Below are positions 50,756 to 61,650 of a DNA stretch of 64,000 nucleotides, piece by piece (position 1 is the first letter of the stretch; each line of letters starts with the position of its first letter). The position numbers and the translations under genes are program-made. The stretch comes from Octopus sinensis. Its lineage: Eukaryota. The notes beneath the pieces were generated by a model. That model ran no database searches. It was not told the origin of the DNA and saw only the letters and a list, made by a program, of their open reading frames with translations. Where the stretch lies: NCBI RefSeq assembly GCF_006345805.1, contig NC_043010.1:42718001-42782000 (forward strand), given 5' to 3'.

Positions 50756-52330
50756 CTACAATTGGCAAAGAGAAATAGATTCGTTTTTATGAGTTCGTTT
50801 ATGGTTATTAAGTGTTGTCTGATGAGAGAAACAGCGATGACAAATATCGCAAGTGTAAGGGCGTTCCCCAGTGTGTATACGTTCATGGTTGCGTAGCGTA
50901 CTCTGATGCGCAAATGCCCGAATGCAATAGCGGCACTGATATGGTTTCTCACCTGTGTGTATACGGCTGTGATTACGTAATGTGCTTTGATGTGCAAATA
51001 CTCGCATGCAGACCCCACACTGAAATAGTTTGTCACTATTACGCATCAGTTTTGTCCCATCCGTTTGTACATGTGCATGAGTTTGCTCATGATTGAGCAT
51101 TTGTCTCTGTTGAGAAAACAGCTTGCCACATATACCACAGGCAAAAGCCTTAGTTGCTTTGGGATCTAGTGGCACTGTAGACTGCTGCTGTGCTGGTGGT
51201 ACCTGGTGTGGTACTTGTTGTGGCATCTGATCCGAATTAGCTTCTCTTTCAGGATTTGGATGATTATGCTGGTTCACAGGCGTGCCCATCATGGCTGGGG
51301 TTTGATTAACAACTGGAGGTTCAGTAGTTGGATTGTGGAGATGAGTTTGTTCGTGATTTCGTAAAGAACTTTCTAATAAAAACCCTTTGTTACAGAAGCC
51401 ACAGTTAAAAGGTTTTACTTTTTTTGCAAATGTGCGACGCATGCCGGCAGCCAAATGTGTTTGCTGGTGATTCCGAAGGGTACTTTTATGAGCAAATGGT
51501 TTCAAACAAATCAAGCATTTGAAGAGTTTTTCACCAGAATGTGTGTGCAGGTGATTGCGTAGAGTACTCTTATGGGTAAACAATTTATGACATATATTAC
51601 ACTTGTGTCGCTTTATACCCGTATGTATTTGTTCGTGATTCTTAAGAGTTGTCTTGTGTGCAAACAACTTAGAACAAATGGAACACTGGTAAGCCTTCTC
51701 GCCTGTATGTACTTTTTCGTGGTTAATAAGTGTGCTTCGATGTGAAAATGCTCGTAAACAAATAACACAAACAAATGGTCTTTCACCAGTGTGTGTGCGC
51801 ATATGATTACGCAGCGTACTTTGATGCGTAAAACAACGCTCACACACAACACATTTGTACGGTCGTTCCCCTGTATGAGTTCGGGTGTGGTTAATCAAAG
51901 TGGCTTGGTGAGTAAAACGTCTTCCGCAGTAGGGACACTCTAAAGATTTTATCCCTTTATGTATGAGTTCATGACTTCGTAGCTCAGCACGCTGTGAGAA
52001 AGCTTTCATGCAAAAATCACATGTGAAATGGGTTTCATCACTTGGAGCTTTTTCATGATTATTTAAATTAGCTTTCCGTGAAAACCCTTTACGGCAGATG
52101 TTACATTTAAACGGTCTCTTGTTTTCAATTGGCAAACTTGTATGAAATCGATTACCACCATGAATATCATTTTTTGCAAGAGAAGCAGTATGGTCAACAA
52201 AGGATGGAGCAGTTACAGATGTGCTAGCTGTTATTTTGTTACTTATTGGGTTTTCATTGTTGTTGTGACAAAGAGAGTAATTTTCAAAGAACTGATTACC
52301 AACTTGATACACATTCTGAACTGAATACAT
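50756..52330 (-). CDS. C2H2 zinc-finger protein, 524 aa, 13 fingers (first lacks its terminal His), Pro/Gln-rich linker between fingers 9 and 10
   Basis: Intact ORF, HTGE(R/K)P linkers; start uncertain because TTCAG acceptor-like sites lie in codons 2-5 (near 52316-52325). Confidence 0.95.
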   Translation of the reverse strand: MYSVQNVYQVGNQFFENYSLCHNNNENPISNKITASTSVTAPSFVDHTASLAKNDIHGGNRFHTSLPIENKRPFKCNICRKGFSRKANLNNHEKAPSDETHFTCDFCMKAFSQRAELRSHELIHKGIKSLECPYCGRRFTHQATLINHTRTHTGERPYKCVVCERCFTHQSTLRNHMRTHTGERPFVCVICLRAFSHRSTLINHEKVHTGEKAYQCSICSKLFAHKTTLKNHEQIHTGIKRHKCNICHKLFTHKSTLRNHLHTHSGEKLFKCLICLKPFAHKSTLRNHQQTHLAAGMRRTFAKKVKPFNCGFCNKGFLLESSLRNHEQTHLHNPTTEPPVVNQTPAMMGTPVNQHNHPNPEREANSDQMPQQVPHQVPPAQQQSTVPLDPKATKAFACGICGKLFSQQRQMLNHEQTHAHVQTDGTKLMRNSDKLFQCGVCMRVFAHQSTLRNHSRIHTGEKPYQCRYCIRAFAHQSTLRNHERIHTGERPYTCDICHRCFSHQTTLNNHKRTHKNESISLCQL

Positions 52331-53588
52331 AGTAAGCTCAAAATTAAGTACAGAAAGAATTACAGTGCAGCCTCTGAATTAATAGTACTGATTTGAATGC
52401 TGCATCTACATTTAAAGGGTTTGTTTTTTCATATATATTGAGATGTGAAATTTAAGTATACATTACTTAGAGTGTGTCAGAGAGAGGGAGAGAGAGAGAG
52501 AGAGATAAAATTGGTTTGCTGTTGTTTTGTTCTTCAATATTTTACAACTTTGCAAAAATGGTTTTCAAATTCTGAGATCCCCAAATCCAATCTTTGGTAA
52601 GAAATGATTTCTTTATAGTGAGCTACATTGTTTTTTATGAATAATTTGCTCATTTCCCAAAGACAGCAAAAGAGTTTACATCCAAAAGTCAATATATGTA
52701 CCTGAAACAAATGGAAAGAAAATATCAGAAACCTCATAATTACAAAATTTAAAAAAAAAAAAAAAATTAAAAAAAAAAAAATATCAAAGTACTAATGTCA
52801 GCTTCAATTTATTTTTATCATGGTAAAGTTATTGGCTTATGCTAGTAGTGATTCAATAGTTGCATAAGTAACAAGTTTTCTATAACAGAAAAGATTAATA
52901 TGTTCTGGTTGAAATTGCTAGAACAAAAATTTCCATGTGAGGAGCTAAGAAATGTAGAAGAACTGGATTCAGCGGAATAAATAATGAGATGAGCAATGCA
53001 TTTGGCAGGATTAGATATAGAATTAGTAGCTTTGGAAAACAATAAATCACTGTAGTGACTTAAGGAAGGCAAATTCTTTTGTGTGGGCTAACACTAACAA
53101 TTTTTTTTTTTTTGGTCAGTCAGTGTTATTTCCTATTTGTTACTATCTAGAAATCAAAGAAGATGGCTACTATTCCCTTCAAACTTTGCTTTTGTCACCT
53201 GGAGATCAATGTTTTGAAACTGACCTATTTTCCATTACATTTCAAACAGACTCAGTGCTGAGTTGGTGAAGCAGAAATATCATTACAACAAATTTTCTGC
53301 TCAATACTACAGATATGCTTGTCAGTTGCTTGAGCTTAACTAGTTGAGCATGTCCCTTAGTGGCTGATAATATGTGCATCTATGGTCATGAGCAGGAGTA
53401 GTGAGGGAGCATCATAACCTCATGTTGAGAGGGTTTAAATAAATATCATAGCAAAAGAGAAGTTTGAAGGAAATATTAGCCATTTTTCATACTTTCTAAG
53501 GGTAAGCAAATGGAAATAAGTTATTACCCAAGGACAAAAATTGTGTTACACAATGTAATTTATACACACACAGGGTAATGGATAAAGA

Positions 53589-53916
53589 TCCCCTTTGAGT
53601 CTTGAATGACCATGGGATTGCTCCTAGAAAGTTACCCTCCAAGGCACAAGTCTGGGCAAGGTTGTTTATGGAAGATCAGCAGTCGCCCATGCATACCAGC
53701 CTCCCCTCTCTATGCCACCAATGTTATCCAAGGGAAAGACAAAGGCTGATACAGCTCAGCACAGTGATGTCACAACTCACTTCTACAGTTGAGTGAACTG
53801 GAGCTACATGAAATAAAGTGTCTTACTCAAGAATACATCACTCAGCCCAGTCCAGAAATCAAACTCACTACATTGTGATTGTAAGCCCAATGCTCTAACC
53901 ACTGAGCCACGTGGCT
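53589..53916 (-). mobile_element. tRNA-derived SINE (family C), diverged
   Basis: Reverse complement of 8933-9268. Confidence 0.8.
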
Positions 53917-53937
53917 TCAGACACACACACATATATA

Positions 53938-54110
53938 TAAAAAGCACCCACTACACTCTCGGAGTGGTTGGCGTTAGGAAGGGCATCCAGCTGTAGAAAC
54001 ATTGCCAGATCAGACTGGGCCTGGCGCAGCCTCCTGGCTTCCCAGACCCCAGTTGAACCGTCCAACCCATGCTAGCACGGAAAACGGACGTTAAACAATG
54101 ATGATGATGA
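53938..54110 (+). mobile_element. RTE 3' UTR copy (family A), young
   Basis: AAAGCACCCACTACACTCTCGGAGTGGTTGGCGTTAGGAAGGGCATCC.. Confidence 0.85.
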
Positions 54111-54589
54111 TATATATATATATATACACACACCATACTTGGTGGCACATAAGATATACTCTTGCATAAGAAACTTCCCTAATTTACAAGATTTTGTAGA
54201 AAAAAGATATTTTAAAGTGGTTTAGTAAGGAAAAAGTATGATTCTGTGCATGAAAATACAATATTGCAGCAGTATAGTGGAATAACATATGAAATCATAT
54301 AACATGAGTGTACACTAATCTTTAAAAGATTTAAAGGTTAATGTGAAATCATGTTATATTAGTGATTTCTTCTTTTCCAAAGTTATTAATTCTATACCTA
54401 ATCCCTCCAAATGTTTTGCTCGCATCATTTTTTATTCCACCAAATTCATTTCTTCTACAATTTCTGTCTTCTTAAGCTCTGCGCATGGAAATTTTTTGTT
54501 CTAGCCACTTCAACCAAAATTAAATTTGCCATAGCAATAGAGAAATAAATTGGTGTCAATGAATCCTGAAAGCAAAATTCCTTTAAATA

Positions 54590-54900
54590 TCAGTACACAG
54601 CAAGCATCAGAAAAACAAACCCCAAAAAACTAAATGTATTCTAACAAAAGGCTTAATTAATGATAACAAAATGTAGAAAACCATCATCTGAGAAGCTAAA
54701 TCAGCATCTGCAAAACACGGAGACTTATTCTCACTGTTGGCATCACCAGAATTCTCTGCAAATAGAACTGTGTTACCAATATCTTTCTCAAACACTAAAT
54801 CATCCTCATTACCATTAGGATTATTACTAATGCCACATTTTCTTAAATGATTTCACGAATACCCTCTCTTTTATAACATCCCATAACACTCAAACAGTTC
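54590..54900 (-). mobile_element. pogo/Tigger-type transposase C-terminal remnant
   Basis: LWDVIKERVFVKSFKK-(frameshift)-CGISNNPNGNEDD resembles the pogo-family KSFKKCGIS..DGSEDD motif. Confidence 0.55.
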
Positions 54901-54969
54901 TATAGGCTTTTTTTTTTACTAGGTGTCAAATCATATATACACACATACATATACACATATTAGATACAT

Positions 54970-55428
54970 ACACAGGTTGGACAAAATTTGACAATTTGCT
55001 TAAAAGGAAAAGAAAACAATATGCCACCCAAATATAAGTTGTTTTTTTTTAAATATAAAAAAAATATCAACTAGATGATGGCTGGGAGATAATAGTTGAC
55101 TCAAAGTAGCCACCCTCAGCTTCCATCATGACTTCAAGACAGCTCTGGAATCTGATGCATGTGTTCCTCACTGAGTCCGTAGTGAGGTCAAGTACCTCCT
55201 TGACTTTGGCCATCAGCTCAGGCTTGGTGTTGCAGGCAGAGCAGTTGGTGTCTTTCCCAACCATGCCCCACACAAAGCAATTCATAGGATTACAATTGGA
55301 GGAATTAGAAGGTCAAAAATTGGGATTGTTGAAGTTGTAGAAACAAAAAATTCTGGCTCATACCAGAGGTACAGCAAGGACCTGAATCCTGTTGCTACAC
55401 ATATGGCTTTTCGAACACCCTGTATGTA
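54970..55428 (-). mobile_element. Tc1/mariner DD37D-like 3' fragment
   Basis: NFWPSNSSNCNPMNCFVWG..EAEGGYFE. Confidence 0.7.
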
Positions 55429-55464
55429 TACATATATATATATAAATAACTTACAGTAGAGTAA

Positions 55465-55785
55465 GTTGTGGAAGAGGAAGACCCAGGAAGACATGAGATG
55501 AAGTATTAAAGGTTGATCTCTAAACACTGAGCCTTATAAACAAGATGCAAGAGGACTGAGAAACGTGGCACACTGCTTTACTCAAGAAAACCGACCCACC
55601 ACAACAGAAATGATATCTTAAAACCGAGGTGCTACGTAAAAATCACCCAGTACAGTCTGTAAGGTGGTTGGCATTAGGGAAGGGCATCCAAAACAGACTA
55701 TGGAATCTGTGTGGCCCCTGGCCTTGACAGATCCTGTCAAGCCATCCAACCTATGCCAGCATGGACATTAAATGATGATGATCTA
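55465..55785 (+). mobile_element. RTE ORF end followed by family-A 3' UTR
   Basis: CGRGRPRKT*DEVLK then GGTTGGCATTAGGGAAGGGCATCC..CATTAAATGATGATGAT. Confidence 0.7.
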
Positions 55786-57094
55786 TTATTTAATAACAGT
55801 TTGCCCCCAGCTGTATGCAACTTCATATATTGTAGGTTCATAGAATGAACATATCATGAATCTAGATGTTATAGAGGAAATATAAGGATACCCCACATTA
55901 TATAAGGGTGGATGGGAGTAGTTGGAAGGAAGATAAATATAGTGGTGATGATGTGACTGAGAGTACTCTCAAGGTATATGAAGGAGAGTAAGAGAGAGAA
56001 CACAGACAGAGGATCAGAAAGGGTGGGTAGTATATTCCTAAATGCATTAGAGAAGAGTGACGAATGGATAGGTATGGGTGTAAAGGTAAAGGTAAGCAAA
56101 TGTTTAACAAGGCTGGAGATATGGTCAATAGTAAGTATTGGTATGGGGTTGAGGTGGGGTGAAAAATATAGGAGTGACTCAGGAAGGAGGTGATAATTGG
56201 TAGAAATGGAAGGTTGAAGAGCAGCATCATAAACCTGTACAGAGATGAACAAAGTAGAGAGATAATGTGGAGAGTGTGAGTGATGTATAGTGATAAAGGT
56301 GTAAGTCAGAGGCATGGAGGGTAGCTAATATAACAAAGTAGTAAACGATACAGAGATATCATACTAAGGTAAGTAACAACCACAAAAGATTGCTATACTA
56401 GCATCCATAATGTTAAATTTTTATTTCTCCAGTAGTCTCTGGAGAATCATTCTTCCTACCAATACCTTTTGTGAGTTGTTTCAAAGTTGTTCTTGAATAA
56501 TATAAGTTGGAGTTAGCTATAATACCTTGGTAAACTTTTTTGTTTGAATATCAAATCAAAGGATAGATGAAACTTAGCACAGTACTTGAAAACACTTAGA
56601 TTTTCAGAATGATACACTGTTAAGCATTTTGCCCAGTGTGCTAACGATTCTGCCAGCTTAAAAAGGTTAAAGCTGGTGCTGATTTTTCTTCATTAGAAAT
56701 AAAAGTATAAGCAGAATGTGCTTCCAGTAAAGCCCAGGTTCCCACTAAAAAAACCTGTGTTCAACTTAAATATTAGCCAAAAGCCTGACAAAACAATTTC
56801 AAGGTTTCAGTAGCAGATTTGCTGAGCACCATGCAAAATTTGGTACAAGCATGTTACTCTAATTTCAGCAACACTAAAAGTTAGTCCTTTTAAAACCTTG
56901 CATAATGACTGAACCAGAACAAACAACATGAAACATACAGGTAGACTTGGTTACCAATGATCATCATCTGTACATTTAGTCGAGAAACCTTGTGTATTTT
57001 CCCTTGTTATTTACCTATATCTAAAATGAATTCTGAGTTTACAGCCTGCCAGGACTTTTCACTTCTCAAATAATCATAAATAATGATTTATCAG

Positions 57095-57397
57095 GGCTCA
57101 GTGGTTAGAGCGTCGAGCTTACGATCGTGAGGTTGTGAGCTTGAATCCCGGACTGGGCTGCGTGTTGTGTTCTTGAGCAAGGCACTTTATTTCACGTTGC
57201 TCCAGTTCACTCAGCTGTAGAAATGAGTTGCGACGTCACTGGTGCCAAGCTGTATCGACCTTTGTCTTTCCCTTGGATAACACTGGTGGCGTGGAGAGGG
57301 GAGGCTGGTATGCATGGGCGACTGCTGGTCTTCCATAAACAACCTTGCCCAGTTCTAGGCGCAATCCCATGGTCTGTGTCGTGACCGAAGGGGGTCT
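57095..57397 (+). mobile_element. tRNA-derived SINE (family C), young
   Basis: High identity to 8933-9268, with a ~20-bp deletion near the 3' end. Confidence 0.88.
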
Positions 57398-59454
57398 CCG
57401 ATTATTAGTGCTACTATCAATGCTTAGTTTACCTCAGATAGCATATTTCCTTTTTGGCTTCATCTGAAGTTTGATATTGTACTTCACTTTCACTCACTTC
57501 TGTGGAACAAAATCCTGTTACTGCAACACAGTTATTTGTCTTTTCCATGTTGATCTTTGAAGAACTAGAGTTGACTTTTACATGAAACATATGAGAAAAA
57601 ATTCCAGACTTTTGACCAAAAGTAGGGATTGACTTTTACCTGCAGTCAACTTTCACATAAGTATATACCCTAGATGAACTATATTTCAGTAGATAACATG
57701 TGAAAATATTAATGTCTATAATCCAAGAAATGCACAAACTATTAAAGAAGAGAGAGAGAGAGAAATCATTGAATCCATCATTTATTGTTGTGTCATCTGC
57801 TCTCAGAAGGTTGAATGTCAAGGATCTCCATTTGAGTCTTTTCTCTGCCACTTCTTATACATTCACTGTATAGAAAGCAATAAAACCTTAAAGAATATAT
57901 ATTTAGTAAAGTAACCATTTACTAACTTTAATTTTAAATGAGTAAAAATATAACTGAATAAAGAAATAAGATAACTTTGACCAACTAGCTGCCACTACTG
58001 GTTTCAACTAAATTTCAGAGATTTAAATTAAGATATTGTGACAAAGAATAAGTTTTAATATAACATTTTTTAAATGATTAAAATGTTTTAATTCTTCTAA
58101 TATAAAAAAAAAATTGATAAGTAATTTTTTTTAATTATACACAAATTCATGCAGTCATATAAATGAGTAACAAAAGTAGGAAGTTAAACTAGAAGGCACA
58201 GAAGTATAGTTATGTTAGTAGAAGGTATCAATTCGATGTCAACATCTTGCAAGAATAAAAGAAACATAAAAATGTTGACACAGCATTAAACACAACTAAA
58301 ATATAAACATTCCTATGATAATAACCAAATGATAATGTCCTAGTATATGTATTTTGTATTCCACTGTTGGTATCTCAACTTTTTTAGCTTATAACAGTTA
58401 TGCCTAGTGGAAATTCAGTGCAACTTTAGCATATGGTCTACAGCAGTATCCATAACCTACACAGAGAAATGACCTGAACTGGGCTAGAATTAGGGTTAGG
58501 TTAAGGTTTAGGGTTAGACTGTACACTAAAGTGACACTAGAAATTCTACAAATCTTTTGCTTAACTCCAGGTTACTTCAGAGATAGAACAGAATTTTCTT
58601 GCTCTGTGTCCAAAATGGGATTACAAATTCCTCAGTTTTGCTTCTACTGGCAGTATGTATTCTTCCTTCTCGAATACTTGTACTTGTGAACATACGTATC
58701 GTCATCATCATCACCATTTAGTGGTCCCCAGTTGAGACAGACCTCATATGTCCTCCACATACCTTGAATCACCAACAATCTCTTTTCACTGAGCTGGCCT
58801 GTGTCAAACCATCACTACATTATATACATCAAGAATTTTTTTTACAGGGGAGATGGTGTTGAGACTGGAGATGAAACCGGTAAGAGTGATGGGGAAAAAA
58901 AGTGAAGAGACAAATGGTTAGTGGGGATGACAAGACAGATGGCAAGTTGGGATGACAAGCTGGTAGAAGGTAGAGGTGACAAGACTGCAGTGAGTGGAGG
59001 TGATAGTGTTGATACAGGTGGTGGCAAGAGGAGGAGATGATGATGAGGGCAGGTGATGGAGAGAACACTCAAATGAAATAAGGCGAGGAGGTGATGTTAA
59101 GATGCAGGTAACACTATAATACATATGCTATTCAATATTACACTAGAACGAATATGTAACTTCATGTCCCCCCATAATATTACAGTGATAAGATCCATAA
59201 TATTTAATTCTTCTGGACTACTTTCTATAAAACTACGAACTATCGTGAATATGTAACCACACTTCACTCGTGACATTATTACAAACAAGGGCGTATGTTC
59301 ACGTTCGAATGTATTATATATATCATAAAACATCAAATTATATATATATATAAAAAAAAAAAAACTACATCATTGTACAATAGTCGTGAGCCGTTTATCA
59401 ACAACCTATATGTACAATCTAAAACACCGCAACTGCAACAACAAAAATTAGCAA

Positions 59455-59910
59455 AAATCTACAGCCACTAGTAAACTAATCTACTAGCTACGATTGAGAA
59501 AGAACCCGCCTCTACCACAAAATATTTTACCGGTATACTACTACAGCTACTACTAATAACAATGTTGCAGCAATCTACTACTGCCAACAACCACTACCGT
59601 CAATAACAATGTTGTAGCAGCCAACTACTAAAACAACTACTATCATCACCTTTACTACTATTACTACTACTACCACCACCACCACTTTTATTACAACAAC
59701 AATCAACAGTAACGATGTTGCGGCGGCCTAGTAACAACTACTACTATTATCACCACTACTACTAATGCTGCTGCAGCGGTCTACTACTAACATAAAAACT
59801 ATATCACTACCACTACTACTGTTTCTAACGTCTTGGTTACAACTGCCTACTACTACTACTACTACGACTACTACTACAGCCAACACCACCACCACCACTA
59901 CAACTACTGT
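59455..59910. repeat. Degenerate trinucleotide tract (ACT/ACC/ACA/AAT)n
   Basis: Direct reading. Confidence 0.85.
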
Positions 59911-61280
59911 TATTAGCACCAACAAAAATCAACACTGGCCTCAGCCATTATAAATTTGCAGCTAGGCGAGACCCTTAAGTATTGTCAATACAATAATCTG
60001 CAGTCACTGTTGTGACGACTGAAAGTTTAAATTTAAAACAACGCTTTCAATTTAAAAACTACCACCCTCTCACGAAAAAACAGTGTACAAGCACATGAAA
60101 TTTTATAATTAAAACTCACTTAAAAGCAACTGTAAATCTATAATGAATCAATAACAAACAAAACACCTGTCTTGAATTCCTCTTTCAAATAATATCTCGT
60201 ACAAATAGGACATTCAAATAAAATAGATGTATTTTTTGCCTTCCAGTTTTTAAAATATTTCCGTCATTAAATTAGCATTTCATTTGACGAAAATAATGTA
60301 AGCTACCTAAAAACGCAATGAAATAAAATATTACAATCAGAGGTAGAGTAAGTAAGGCACACCAATTTGATTTCAACATCAAGTCCATAACAAGAGGTGG
60401 CTTGCTCTTTTTTGGTTATTTTTTCTCAGATAAATTATTTCATTAAATAAATATCCTTTTACTAAATGCCTAACTTAAGTGTATCAGAAAGACACTGAGC
60501 TTATATATGTATAAGTAAATGAAATCGACTTTTGTAATTTTTGACAGCTATCTAACATTAATGAATATGATAGATCTTTCCTGATTTGATGAAATCCAAG
60601 CTGACATTCATCCAGAAGCTAAGTTAAATACAGGTGAATATCACCACCTTACGAATTAGGCAACTAAACGGATCAAACAAACATATTCCACTGTTTAAAC
60701 TAAATGATGATCAAAAACTTCAAAAATTTGAAGACGACAGCATCCGCTTATTCTTTTAGTATTTCACCTCTACGCAAATCTGAAGGCCAAACATTAGCAC
60801 GTAATTTTCTTTCTTTTTCTCTTCTTTTTTTTAATATTTTGTTTTGTTTTAACAATAAATAAAGAGTAAATAAATATAATCAAACAGAGTATCACAGAAA
60901 CATTTGTATATACTCGGGTTAATTGATTTGCAGAAACGCAACTCAAAGAAGGGAACTTAGTTTTAAACAACGTGAAAAAGATAGGAGGTAAGCGACTTTT
61001 AAAAAACACATTTCTCATTTTAAGAAAATCAGATACTTTCAACAAATATTAACAATACTTAATTTTCCAAATCGTTATTCCAAATTAATTGTGTAGTTGA
61101 ACAGAAAGGGAGGGGGCATTGCCAAAAGCTGATTTTTTGCTTAATGGTTCATCAATTTCTGGAGGAATATCTCCAAGTCAAAATTCATATAAAGCTAAAA
61201 ACGAAAAGATTTATGTGAAGCATTTATATTTTTAGGAACAAACAACTTTTCCATCACTTACTTTGCAATACTTCGAAATT

Positions 61281-61650
61281 TCTTACCTTTCGTAAACGAA
61301 AATAGATTCCGTCGAAGAAACCCAATGTAGTTGTCATAATTACCATTGTCGCTTCTTCGCTACATGGCTTTTACTTCGCCAAATTTTATTTTGTAATACA
61401 CTTGTTGTTGTTTTTTTTTTATTTTTAAATTTCGTGTGATAATTATAAACAATCATTTGAAAGAAGTAGAGAAAACATTGAAAACTCCAAATAAATATTG
61501 ATGGAGGAAGCTCAGCTTAATACTGCCGACGGCGGTAGCGGCGTCCAGAATTTGTAAAGAGCTACTAAGGGAAGATAACTGAAACCGGGACGAACTAGGT
61601 TTGTCGCCGACTGCTCTTCTCCCCATATCTGTCTCGCACACAGGGTTTGT
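61281..61650 (-). promoter_or_regulatory. Candidate non-coding first exon and splice donor of the - strand ZNF gene
   Basis: CpG-enriched unique sequence (61525-61640); minus-strand AG|GTAAGA (exon ends 61287); link to the CDS is inferred. Confidence 0.35.

Larger units (their letters stand above)
52903..54518. repeat. Inverted pair of an unclassified ~150-bp sequence (52903-53051 and 54361-54518)
   Basis: GCTAGAACAAAAA(A)TTTCCATG..ATTAG(A/G)TATAGAATTA..CTTTGGAAAA..AAATCACT; roughly 75% identity by eye. Confidence 0.8.

Noticed and set aside
52903-53051. Duplicated coding exon (FWLKLLEQKFPC.. versus FWLKWLEQKFPC..)
   Set aside because: A hand count gives about as many second-position as third-position changes, plus in-frame stops and a frameshift; no coding signature
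54607-54840. Acidic exon-like ORF (NEDDLVFEKDIGN..) upstream of the - ZNF
   Set aside because: The upstream frameshifted KSFKK/CGISN motif points to a pogo-type transposase remnant, and there is no good donor
58490-58517. TTAGGG-like interstitial telomeric motif
   Set aside because: Only four degenerate units; too short to interpret
60704-60783. C/D-box snoRNA-like layout (ATGATGA..CTGA) with ATTTCACCTCTA, which as I recall is complementary to 18S rRNA
   Set aside because: The guide is 7 nt from the D box rather than adjacent, there is no terminal stem, and it is antisense to the inferred host intron
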